The translations under genes and the position numbers were made by a program. 64,000 bases of DNA from Clostridia bacterium (lineage in GTDB: Bacteria > Bacillota > Clostridia > Christensenellales > DTU072). Below, piece after piece: positions 8,600 through 17,110 of this stretch. Within the stretch, counting starts at the first letter, position 1. Every line of letters begins with the position of its first letter. Where the stretch lies: positions 12,570-76,569 of the forward strand of contig DAONQC010000006.1 of assembly GCA_035409945.1 (NCBI GenBank). Reading direction: 5' to 3'. The notes under the pieces are model-generated. The model was not told the origin of the DNA and searched no databases. It was given only the letters and a program-made list of their open reading frames with translations.

Positions 8600-8650
8600 A
8601 TCCTGATATAGAGCTAACCATACAATAGTAAAAAAACTGAAATACACAAA

Positions 8651-8706
8651 GTAGTGTTGCTAACCATCTTACTGGTTACATTCAAACGATATTATACGAG
8701 GTAAAA
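8651..8706 (+). promoter_or_regulatory. Conserved hairpin 5' leader, copy A (upstream of LRR gene)
   Basis: GTTGCTAACCA-TCTTAC-TGGTTACATTCAAACGATATTATACGAGGTAAAAATG. Inner stem 8661-8666 / 8673-8678. Confidence 0.7.
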
Positions 8707-9561
8707 ATGAAAAGAAATTTAGATCTTAAAGCTATGTACGAAAAACATGCTTCTACATATCAAAAAATTATGGGAAAAATAAAAGGTAGAAATGTTGAGT
8801 ACTATACTGCGAATAGTGAAGACTGGAATGAAGTTTTGGAAAAAGTAGGCTTTTTTAAAACAGACAATATAGAGGCAGTGATTGCACATAAAGGCTCTAG
8901 ACCACTGGTAATTCAAATGAAAGAAACTTGCGAAGATATAGAGCAAGCATTACTACCTTCCATAGGTGATATACTTAGTTTTTCTGGAATAAAAGCCAAA
9001 TTTGATGGCAATGAATTATCCTTTATGGTTAATTACAATATATATGAAAATCTAGTCTTTTTTGATGAGATTGCATTCTACATATTTAGAGGCGATTATA
9101 AACTAGATGAAGAGGATGGTGTATATTACACTAAAGATGGATTTGTTTATATAAAAGACCTTGGTCGTGCTTCAGCGCTTGGATATGTATATATCCCCGA
9201 AGGTGTTAAGTGTATAGTCGATTATGCATTTTTCGGAAGTAGTTCTCTAGAATTTGTTATTATTCCAAGTAGTGTAGAAAGAATAGGTAGTGCAGCTTTT
9301 TTAAATTGTTATAGTTTAAACGCCATTTTTTACGAAGGAACAAAAGAAGAGTGGGACCAAGTTACCATAAGCCAAGATGGAACTAGAGATTTTGATGAAG
9401 CAAAACTATATTACTACAGCGAGACTGAACCACCCCTAAATTCATCCGGTACAGATTATGGTGATAATTATTGGCGATATTCTGAAAAACCACATAGACA
9501 TAAAAACATAGCCATAGATATAATGCTTGAGGACATGCCAATAGAAGTTTGGGAAAAATAA
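8707..9561 (+). CDS. BspA-type leucine-rich-repeat protein
   Basis: IPEGVKCIVDYAFFGSSSLEFVIIPSSVERIGSAAFLNCYSLNAIFYEGTKEEW repeats. No signal peptide. Confidence 0.7.
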   Translation: MKRNLDLKAMYEKHASTYQKIMGKIKGRNVEYYTANSEDWNEVLEKVGFFKTDNIEAVIAHKGSRPLVIQMKETCEDIEQALLPSIGDILSFSGIKAKFDGNELSFMVNYNIYENLVFFDEIAFYIFRGDYKLDEEDGVYYTKDGFVYIKDLGRASALGYVYIPEGVKCIVDYAFFGSSSLEFVIIPSSVERIGSAAFLNCYSLNAIFYEGTKEEWDQVTISQDGTRDFDEAKLYYYSETEPPLNSSGTDYGDNYWRYSEKPHRHKNIAIDIMLEDMPIEVWEK

Positions 9562-9799
9562 TTGCTTTAGTTAGGAAGGGAAGACAGATTCTGACCTCTT
9601 CGGAGTGAAAAATAACAGATAGTTTAGCATTAAAAAAGACGGTTTGTAATGCCAAGATTGGTATGGGAAAACAACAAATTAGATGTAGGATGAAAAATAC
9701 AGTTTATCTGCCAGAATCATTATTTAGAGAACTTAATTGATGTTTTTCTAAAAGGTTCATTTAATTGTATAATCTAAGGGAAGGATTCAAAATAAATAT

Positions 9800-9858
9800 A
9801 TAATGTTACTAACCATATACACTGGTTAAATTCAAAAACATTATTATACGAGAAACAT
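9800..9858 (+). promoter_or_regulatory. Conserved hairpin 5' leader, copy B (upstream of HipA-like gene)
   Basis: Outer stem AATGTT (9802-9807) / AACATT (9837-9842); inner stem TAACCA (9810-9815) / TGGTTA (9823-9828); then ATTATACGAG. A TATAAT lies at about 9766. Confidence 0.7.
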
Positions 9859-10767
9859 ATGATTGATTTTACAAATTGCAAATTATTATATAAAGCATAT
9901 AGCGGTGCTAATGGAAAGAAAATCTCCATAGAGTACGAAGGACAGCAATATATGCTAAAATTCCCACTTCGTGTAAAAAATATGGCAACGCAATTGTCAT
10001 ATAGTAACAGTTGTTACAGTGAACATATCGGAAGTAGTATATTTAATATGCTTGGAGTCCAAGCTCAAGAAACTATACTTGGCACATATTTGGTTGGTGA
10101 TAAAACAAGATTAGTTTGCGCTTGTTTAGATTTCACGGGTGATAACAAGCACTTCTATGATTTTTGTGCCATTAAAAACACGGTACTTGATTCTACGACA
10201 AGTGGAACTAGTACAGATCTTTATGACATTATAGATACTATCGAAAAGCAAAAATATGTAGACCCTATTTGTTTATCGGAACATTTTTGGAATATGTTTG
10301 TAGTAGATGCTTTTCTTGGTAATTTTGATCGTCATAACTGCAACTGGGGCTTTTTGATAGATGAAAAGACTGGCGAAACAACAATCGCCCCTGTAATTGA
10401 TTGTGGTAGTTGTTTGTTATCACAAGCTGATGAAAGAATTATGACAAAAATTATGACCAATGAAGATGAACTAAATGCGCGTATTTTCACATTTCCTACT
10501 TCAGCTATTAAGCAAAATGGAAGAAAACTTAATTATTATGATTTTTTAACATCTACAGAAATTATAGATTGTCTTAATGCAGTTAATCGTATTGTGCCTC
10601 GGATTGATTTAGGACAAATTAATGAGTTTATAGACAACATTGATGGAACCTCTTCACCTCAAAAGGAGTTTTATAAATATTACCTAAACGCTCGTTATGA
10701 TAACATCCTAGTTCCTGCGTATGAGTTCGCAAAGGCGCAAGATAGAGGCCCATCTTTAGGTCGATAA
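9859..10767 (+). CDS. HipA-like Ser/Thr kinase domain protein
   Basis: GNFDRHNCNWGF (DRHxxN catalytic loop) and IDCGSCL. No adjacent HipB-like gene. Confidence 0.6.
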   Translation: MIDFTNCKLLYKAYSGANGKKISIEYEGQQYMLKFPLRVKNMATQLSYSNSCYSEHIGSSIFNMLGVQAQETILGTYLVGDKTRLVCACLDFTGDNKHFYDFCAIKNTVLDSTTSGTSTDLYDIIDTIEKQKYVDPICLSEHFWNMFVVDAFLGNFDRHNCNWGFLIDEKTGETTIAPVIDCGSCLLSQADERIMTKIMTNEDELNARIFTFPTSAIKQNGRKLNYYDFLTSTEIIDCLNAVNRIVPRIDLGQINEFIDNIDGTSSPQKEFYKYYLNARYDNILVPAYEFAKAQDRGPSLGR

Positions 10768-11173
10768 ATATGCTTTTTGCACATTGATTTACTAGGGATA
10801 AATTTAAGTTATTCAAAGTCTTAAAAACTGTTTTGATGTGTTTATATAAAGGTTAAACAAACGGATTCACATTTGCTAATAAAAAGTGTCTATTTTATCT
10901 AACATTTCCAAAAGGTCACGCGCTGAGTAGTGCTGGAAGACATCATACTAGAACTGCATCCGTTGGAGTATTTAAGATTAGAGGTAAATGCCGATTTTTA
11001 TGAAAGCGCTTTGGAATAAGTATTAATAACTCACTTGCGAAAGTTTCTTCAGGATTAGAAGTTTATCCTTCGGTAACAAGTACGCGGAAGGATGATGAAT
11101 ATAAGATTTTTTGGTAGTAAAAGTCTTACTTTTTTGGTAATAGCCAGTTATAATGCTAGTAGAAGGAGCTCTA

Positions 11174-12427
11174 ATGAGTACTATAAATTATAGAAAAAGA
11201 ATAATAGAATCTCAAATTATTAAAAAGATGTCATACAGTGGTGGCATCGTCATTGAAGGTACCAAATGGGTTGGAAAGTCGACTACAGCCAGTATCTTTG
11301 CTAATACAGTTATAAAACTAAAAGATCAGTTGATGAAAAAGAAATATCAAATTCTAGCTACCATATCAAAAGATGATGTATTGGAAGGTGAAAAGCCTAT
11401 ATTATTTGCCGAATGGCAAGAAGTTCCTGAAATTTGGGACTTTATCAGGCTCGATATTGATGATAATAGTTACAAAGGAGCATATCTTTTAACAGGCTCA
11501 ACAAAAAAACAAAGTGTAAAAACTGCTCATACAGGAACGGGAAGGATAAATTCGATTTATATGCGTCCTATGAGTTTATATGAAAGTGGTGAATCTAGTG
11601 GTTTAATTTCTTTAAAGAGTTTATTTTCAAAACCACAACTATCTCCAGTTATGTCTAATGTTACAATCGATGATATAGCGCATTATATTTGCAGAGGAGG
11701 ATGGCCTGGAAGTTTGGATTTGAATGAAGAGCTGCAGTTAGAGGTTCCTAAGGATTTACTTGAAACTATTATTACAAGAGATGTTGATGAAGTTGATGGA
11801 GTAAGCAAAGACAAAGAGAAATTAAGAAAAATAATTAAAAGCTATGCAAGAAACATTTCCACATTAGCCACAAACTCAACGATTTATAAAGATCAGTCCT
11901 ATGAAGATATTGTAAATGCCAAGACTTTCGATGCATATATGAGTGCGTTAAAAAGATTATATATCGTGGAAGATGTTTTACCGTGGTCACCAAACATTAG
12001 AAGTTCTGCTAGACTTAGAAAAGGTGTAAAAAAACAATTTGTAGATCCTAGTATTGCAGTTGCAGCTTTAGGATTATCGCCGAATAGATTGAAAAAAGAT
12101 TTTGAAACATTTGGCTTTTTATTTGAATCTATTGCAACAAGAGACATTAGAGTGTATGCAGAGGAAATGGGTGGAACGGTTTATTACTATAATGATACGA
12201 CTGGTCTTGAAGTTGATTTGATTGTTGAGTTAAAAGACGGAAGTTGGTGTGGAATTGAAGTCAAATTAGGAGAAAATGAGGTTGAAAAAGCAAGTAGTAA
12301 TCTAAAAAAACTAGCAAATTTATCTACTGCGAAACCATCCTTTCTTATTATATTAACAAATACAAAAATGGCTTATCAAAGACCAGATGGCGTTTATGTA
12401 ATTCCTCTTGGCTGTCTAAAACCTTAA
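11174..12427 (+). CDS. AAA+ ATPase, DUF4143 family
   Basis: Walker A-like GTKWVGKST, LLTGS, and C-terminal EVDLIVE...IEVK nuclease-like block. TATAAT (11149-11154) and GAAGGAG favour the ATG at 11174 over 11153. Confidence 0.85.
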   Translation: MSTINYRKRIIESQIIKKMSYSGGIVIEGTKWVGKSTTASIFANTVIKLKDQLMKKKYQILATISKDDVLEGEKPILFAEWQEVPEIWDFIRLDIDDNSYKGAYLLTGSTKKQSVKTAHTGTGRINSIYMRPMSLYESGESSGLISLKSLFSKPQLSPVMSNVTIDDIAHYICRGGWPGSLDLNEELQLEVPKDLLETIITRDVDEVDGVSKDKEKLRKIIKSYARNISTLATNSTIYKDQSYEDIVNAKTFDAYMSALKRLYIVEDVLPWSPNIRSSARLRKGVKKQFVDPSIAVAALGLSPNRLKKDFETFGFLFESIATRDIRVYAEEMGGTVYYYNDTTGLEVDLIVELKDGSWCGIEVKLGENEVEKASSNLKKLANLSTAKPSFLIILTNTKMAYQRPDGVYVIPLGCLKP

Positions 12428-12636
12428 GCTTTTTAAGCAAAGACTTGCATGATTTAAGTTCTTTCTATTCTTGGTTATACATTTTAAACAATTTGTTCGA
12501 AGAGTTTTATAGAATCTACAAAGATTGATATTAAGCCACTTTATTACAAAATAATATTAAACAGGCAATATTTTAAAGTTCAACTTGAAAATAATGCCGA
12601 TATGTAGTAGTATAGATTTAGTCAGGAGGTAATCAA

Positions 12637-13809
12637 ATGATAAATAGAGATATGTCTAACAAATTAACAAATCTTGCTAAACAAGTGCCTGTTGTAACAA
12701 TAATTGGACCTAGACAGTCGGGGAAAACGACTTTAGTAAAAAATGTTTTTCCTGAATACAATTATGTCAACTTGGAGGATCCTGTTAATAGAATGTTAGC
12801 AAAAGAAGATTATAAAGGTTTTTTTGCAACATACAAGGAGCCAATCATTATAGATGAAGTTCAAAGAGTTCCCGAACTCCTTTCGGCAATACAAGTTATG
12901 GTCGATGAGGACAGAGGGAAAAAAGGTCGCTTTATACTTACGGGTAGCCATCAACCAAGCTTACAAAGAGGAATTGCACAATCCTTGGCAGGTAGAACCA
13001 GTATTTTAACATTACTTCCTTTAAGTATGAACGAACTTGCAGAGGCAGGACTATTAGACGATTTATCCATTGATAAATTGCTATTAAGAGGTTTTATGCC
13101 AGAACTGTATACGGAAGGCTCAAGAGATCCTATCGTTTATTACCGAGATTATTTAAATACTTATGTTGAAAAAGATTTGCGAGAAATGTTAGAAATTAAG
13201 AATTTAGATAAGTTTTTAAGGTTTTTAATTTTACTTGCAGGCAGGGTTGGGCAGGTGATTAATTTATCTGCTATGTCAGGAGAGGTAGGTGTATCATCTA
13301 CGACATTATCTGAATGGCTATCCGTGCTTGAAGCTTCTTATGTAGTGTATAAATTAAAGCCATATTTTTCAAATATTACAAAACAGCAAATCAAATCACC
13401 GAAAATTTATTTTACAGAAGTTGGTTTGGCATCCTATCTTTTAGGAATAGAAACAGAAAATCAGGTAAACCGCGATCCACTACGAGGAAATCTTTTTGAA
13501 AATTTAATTGTTTCAGAGGTTTTAAAGTCAAGGCTAAATCAAAACCGAAACCCAAATATCTATTATATGCGAACTGCTAAAGGTGTTGAGGTGGATTTGA
13601 TTTTGAAAAAAGAGGAAAAACTATATCCATTTGAAATAAAGACATCAATGACACCTAATAAATCATTTTCAAGACATTTATTGTCATTTGTTGAAGCAGA
13701 AGAGAATGCCCAAAAACCAAGAATTATTTACATAGGACAATCTTACTTCCAATTCAATGGTGTTGAATATGTTAATTATAAGGATTTGAAAAAGCTTTTA
13801 AGTGATTAA
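12637..13809 (+). CDS. AAA+ ATPase, DUF4143 family
   Basis: Walker A GPRQSGKTT, Walker B IIIDEVQ, SLAGR, and EVDLILK...FEIK. AGGAGG RBS. Confidence 0.9.
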   Translation: MINRDMSNKLTNLAKQVPVVTIIGPRQSGKTTLVKNVFPEYNYVNLEDPVNRMLAKEDYKGFFATYKEPIIIDEVQRVPELLSAIQVMVDEDRGKKGRFILTGSHQPSLQRGIAQSLAGRTSILTLLPLSMNELAEAGLLDDLSIDKLLLRGFMPELYTEGSRDPIVYYRDYLNTYVEKDLREMLEIKNLDKFLRFLILLAGRVGQVINLSAMSGEVGVSSTTLSEWLSVLEASYVVYKLKPYFSNITKQQIKSPKIYFTEVGLASYLLGIETENQVNRDPLRGNLFENLIVSEVLKSRLNQNRNPNIYYMRTAKGVEVDLILKKEEKLYPFEIKTSMTPNKSFSRHLLSFVEAEENAQKPRIIYIGQSYFQFNGVEYVNYKDLKKLLSD

Positions 13810-14164
13810 ACGTTAATCTAGCGGATAAAAGAATTTTGGTTATATTCCTAATAGCCTCTGCTGTGGGCAGGCTAAACTCGTCGTGATATGGACTGAACTA
13901 GTTCTCAAATTAGGATCGAGAACTTTGGGAATCTAATCCGAGAGCCTGTCATGGTTAATACTAGTCACCTCTCTAAATATTGAGTGCTTTTTACGAAGGT
14001 TGTTTTAAGTCTATAAATGATAAATTGATAGAGTTATTTTTACAATTCCACAAAAGTAAAAAATCAGTCGAGGCATTTCGATTATCAGTAAGAATTCCAG
14101 AAATGCTATATCCATTAAAGAAAACACTATTTGTGTTACAATTTCATTTCCCAGAATAAATGAA

Positions 14165-14313
14165 GTGGCGATAAATGGGGTGATAAACGGGGTGATAAAG
14201 TGGGTGATAAACGGCCATAACGGGCAATGTAATGCACTGAATGGGCAATAAACAGGCGATAAGGTGGGTAATAAAGGCGGTAATAAGTGGGGTTATAAAA
14301 ACGTGGATAGAAA
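14165..14313 (-). repeat. About 12 tandem 11-12-nt units, TTTATCACCC(C)(G/A) on the fic sense strand
   Basis: Plus strand reads GTGGCGATAAA TGGGGTGATAAA CGGGGTGATAAA GTGGGTGATAAA ... Starts directly after the fic stop codon (14314-14316). Confidence 0.85.
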
Positions 14314-15231
14314 CTAATTAGATAGGCCAAATTTAACAAGTAGGTCATTGAATGTGTCTTGTCCATCAAGGCAGGTATCAATCAAATAGTTTCGGTCTTT
14401 TTTCCAGTTTGAAAAGCCTCGATAATAATATGATTTTTTAACATCTTCTATTATGAAAGGAACAATATTAAATCTTAGACATTCTTTGAATGCAATAAGC
14501 CTGCCAACTCTTCCGTTTCCATCCTGGAAAGGATGAATATATTCAAAATCAGCATGGAAGGAAATGATATCATTAATGGCGATTTCTTGAAGTGAGTTAT
14601 ATTCTGTAAGAAGTTTTTGCATCTCGGAAGCTACATTTTTAGGGTGCGTGGTTTCTCTACCTCCTACGACATTAGGCAGCTTTTTATAATCTCCTACAGC
14701 AAACCATTCTAGATATGAGTCTTTGGTGTTTTGCTTTAGAATGAGATGAAGTTTTTTTATTATATCTTCCGTTAAGATATCTTCTGCATGGTCAATACAA
14801 TAATCTATAGCACGAAAGTGGTTATAAGTTTCAATGATATCATCAACAGGAATGTATTCGTCTTTATCGATATTAATTGTACTAGTTTCAAAAATCAATC
14901 TAGTCTGTTTTTCAGAAAGCTTACTTCCTTCAATATGATTTGAATTGTAGGTCATAAGAATTTGGAGTTCGTGATAAACACCTCCAGAAATTTTAGCGTC
15001 TTTTTCATCTCGTAATGTCTGCAGTAATACATTGTCTGATTTGTATTGAATAAGATCTTCAATCTTACAGCCTAAGAATGTTGCTATACGATTCATTACA
15101 TGACTAGCAATTTTTTCTCCCTTAGCCATTTTAGCGATGGTTCTAGAAGAAATGCCAAGCATAGTAACTAAATCAGATTTCGTTAGATTTTTTGCTGCAA
15201 GAAGTTTTTCCAACTTATTATATGAATACAT
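14314..15231 (-). CDS. Fic-domain protein with N-terminal XRE-type HTH
   Basis: HPFQDGNGRVGR Fic motif, SNHIEG inhibitory-helix motif ((S/T)xxxE(G/N)), and N-terminal LGISSRTIAKMAKGEK HTH. The second ATG (15231) has better spacing to AGGAG. Confidence 0.9.
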   Translation of the reverse strand: MYSYNKLEKLLAAKNLTKSDLVTMLGISSRTIAKMAKGEKIASHVMNRIATFLGCKIEDLIQYKSDNVLLQTLRDEKDAKISGGVYHELQILMTYNSNHIEGSKLSEKQTRLIFETSTINIDKDEYIPVDDIIETYNHFRAIDYCIDHAEDILTEDIIKKLHLILKQNTKDSYLEWFAVGDYKKLPNVVGGRETTHPKNVASEMQKLLTEYNSLQEIAINDIISFHADFEYIHPFQDGNGRVGRLIAFKECLRFNIVPFIIEDVKKSYYYRGFSNWKKDRNYLIDTCLDGQDTFNDLLVKFGLSN

Positions 15232-15242
15232 ACGCATCTCCT

Positions 15243-15306
15243 ATCTTTACTTATTACACCATAAATCCATCAAAAAGTAAAGATTTTAATACCCGTAAGT
15301 AAAGAT
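15243..15306 (-). promoter_or_regulatory. Candidate autoregulatory operator of HTH-Fic
   Basis: 10-mer AAGTAAAGAT at 15275-15284 and 15297-15306, with its inverse ATCTTTACTT at 15243-15252. They overlap a putative TTACTC-16-TATTAA promoter and the RBS. Confidence 0.5.
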
Positions 15307-15389
15307 TGAGTAATAAAAGCGAAGTGTGATACAACAAAAAACGGATAGTTGTTGTGGAGCATATGTAATTGAGGATTTATGGTTTACTT

Positions 15390-15456
15390 TATAGTATACT
15401 TTTGCACATTTATAGGATACTTTATGGTATACTTTTGCCTATTTATAGTATACTTT
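15390..15456 (+). repeat. Four copies of TAT(A/G)G(T/G)ATACTTT
   Basis: Copies start at 15390, 15411, 15423 and 15444 (spacing 21/12/21), followed by TATAAT at 15462-15467. Confidence 0.7.
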
Positions 15457-15531
15457 TGAGATATAATGGGGTGCTGACAAAAATGGCTGCTGGCAAGTTT
15501 TAGAGTAATGACATCAAAGCTTAGAAAATCG

Positions 15532-15568
15532 CTAAACACTGGAATGAAAAGTCTCTAAACACTGGAAT
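15532..15568 (+). repeat. Direct repeat CTAAACACTGGAAT x2 (23-nt period)
   Basis: Exact copies at 15532-15545 and 15555-15568. Confidence 0.8.
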
Positions 15569-15685
15569 TACATTGTTATGGCACTGTGAAATGCGGATTT
15601 TTTGAAAGTAATACAAAGTGTAAAAACTTTTTGTGTCTACTTTACTTGACTGCTATACAACTGGTCATCAAACCGAACGGAAAGT

Positions 15686-15724
15686 GGAAATCTGACCGAA
15701 TGAAAAACGGAAATCTGACCGAAT
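15686..15724 (+). repeat. Direct repeat GGAAATCTGACCGAAT x2 (23-nt period)
   Basis: Exact copies at 15686-15701 and 15709-15724. Confidence 0.8.
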
Positions 15725-15871
15725 ATCCGTTCTTTATGTAAATTGATCGCGTTAGAATGCAGTTTTAGAAAGTAAAGCTTGTAAAAACATGAAAGCGATA
15801 TTATGCCATATAGACACCGTAGAATGCTAGAGGCATTCTAGTTAAGATGGAAGGAAAGTGCGATCGATATC

Positions 15872-16771
15872 CTAAGTAAGGTGTTTTTTAAAAAACTCGA
15901 GTTGTTTTTTAGATACTATATCAAACTGTTCTCCAAAATATAGATCGAAATGTCCTCCTGGGATGGTCATAAACTCTGGCTGTTTCATTTTCTTTACAGT
16001 CTTTTTAATAGATTTAATTGGAATAAGCGAGTCGGTTTCACCTGCTACAACTAGAGTAGGGCATTTTACACACCTTGCAAAACTCATAGGTCGGTACAAA
16101 AATAATGTAAGAAATATGCGAGCTGGTGTTGAGTTGTCTACTTCCATACCATCAGGAATTAGTGCCTCATATCCTGACCTTGAATCATGGGTGTTTAGGA
16201 CGGCAAATTCGCCAGGATAGGCGTACACAGGAACAGTGTATGTCTTACGCCTCGTTATAGCTCTGAATATGTCTCTAAAGCAAGAAAAAACGGCTTTGAA
16301 TAAGTATTTAGGACCATTTTTAATAACGATAGGAAAAGAACTTGCAAAACCGCTAACAAAAGGAACTTGTGCGGAAACGGCAGAGATCTTTTTATCTTTT
16401 GCAGCAGCCTTAACTACATGCCCGCCACTAAAAGAGCTTCCCCATAGTGCAATTTTATCTACATTGATGTCATCTCTACATCTTGCCCACTTTAATGCAG
16501 AAAGGTAATCTTCTACATGCCTTTTAGGAGAAATAAGCTGTCTTGGTGTGCCTTCGCTATCTGCAAATCCTCTATAATCAAAAGATAGAACTGCAAGACC
16601 ATTGTTTGCGAAAAGTTCGGCAAAAGGTTCAAGTCCACAGGTTTTCATTCCAGCTAATCCATGTGCCATAATGACTAGTGGTGGTTTTTCTATGTTACTA
16701 GGTAAATATAGCCAAGCAGAACATTTATCGCCAAGACTATCAAATGTACAATCAATTCTTGAAAAATTCAT
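15872..16771 (-). CDS. Alpha/beta-fold hydrolase
   Basis: GSSFSGG nucleophile elbow, HGLAG oxyanion region, C-terminal GGHFD. GAGGTG RBS. Confidence 0.8.
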   Translation of the reverse strand: MNFSRIDCTFDSLGDKCSAWLYLPSNIEKPPLVIMAHGLAGMKTCGLEPFAELFANNGLAVLSFDYRGFADSEGTPRQLISPKRHVEDYLSALKWARCRDDINVDKIALWGSSFSGGHVVKAAAKDKKISAVSAQVPFVSGFASSFPIVIKNGPKYLFKAVFSCFRDIFRAITRRKTYTVPVYAYPGEFAVLNTHDSRSGYEALIPDGMEVDNSTPARIFLTLFLYRPMSFARCVKCPTLVVAGETDSLIPIKSIKKTVKKMKQPEFMTIPGGHFDLYFGEQFDIVSKKQLEFFKKHLT

Positions 16772-16926
16772 ATATCACCTCGTGGCTTGTTATTTATGCA
16801 TATATGCTAAGGCAAACGATTTGTAATGTCAATAAAGGCTAAAATTTACAAAAATCTCAACCCCAACAATATTTGTATGCTATACCATGAGCAAAAAACT
16901 TATGATTTCAATAAGCAACATTAGTA

Positions 16927-17082
16927 ACGCGTATGCGCGCACGCGACGTGCGTGTGACGCGTGAGGGTGGAAGAGTTTTTGATTTTAAAAACAACAGAAA
17001 CTAATGAGAAAAAAATGTCCATGCGTGTGGGTGCCTGCGCATACGCGTATGTGCTACGCGTATATCTTGCGCGTGCGTGCGT
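16927..17082. other. Two GC-rich alternating purine-pyrimidine (Z-DNA-prone) blocks upstream of gyrB
   Basis: Perfect alternating runs at 16927-16945 (19 nt), 16946-16956 (11), 17020-17029 (10), 17036-17054 (19), 17055-17065 (11) and 17068-17082 (15). 12-nt inverted repeat at 16927-16938 / 17037-17048. Confidence 0.8.
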
Positions 17083-17110
17083 TAAATATTTAAATATATA
17101 TATAATATAA

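Noticed and set aside
8651-8706. Integron attC site or sigma-A promoter as the explanation for the TAACCA...TGGTTA leader motif
   Set aside because: At about 20 nt the hairpin is far shorter than attC sites, and no integrase is present. A TTGCTA...TAAATT reading as -35/-10 gives 13-15-nt spacers that vary between copies, which is incompatible with a promoter.
14136-14381. 81-aa ORF with an (R/H/T)LSP repeat
   Set aside because: It is simply a read-through of the 11-12-nt TTTATCACCCC repeat array and overlaps the fic 3' end. It has no RBS.
15820-15842. Hairpin TAGAATGC-TAGAG-GCATTCTA as the terminator of the hydrolase gene
   Set aside because: No U-run follows on the relevant (minus) strand. 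The support is too weak to annotate.
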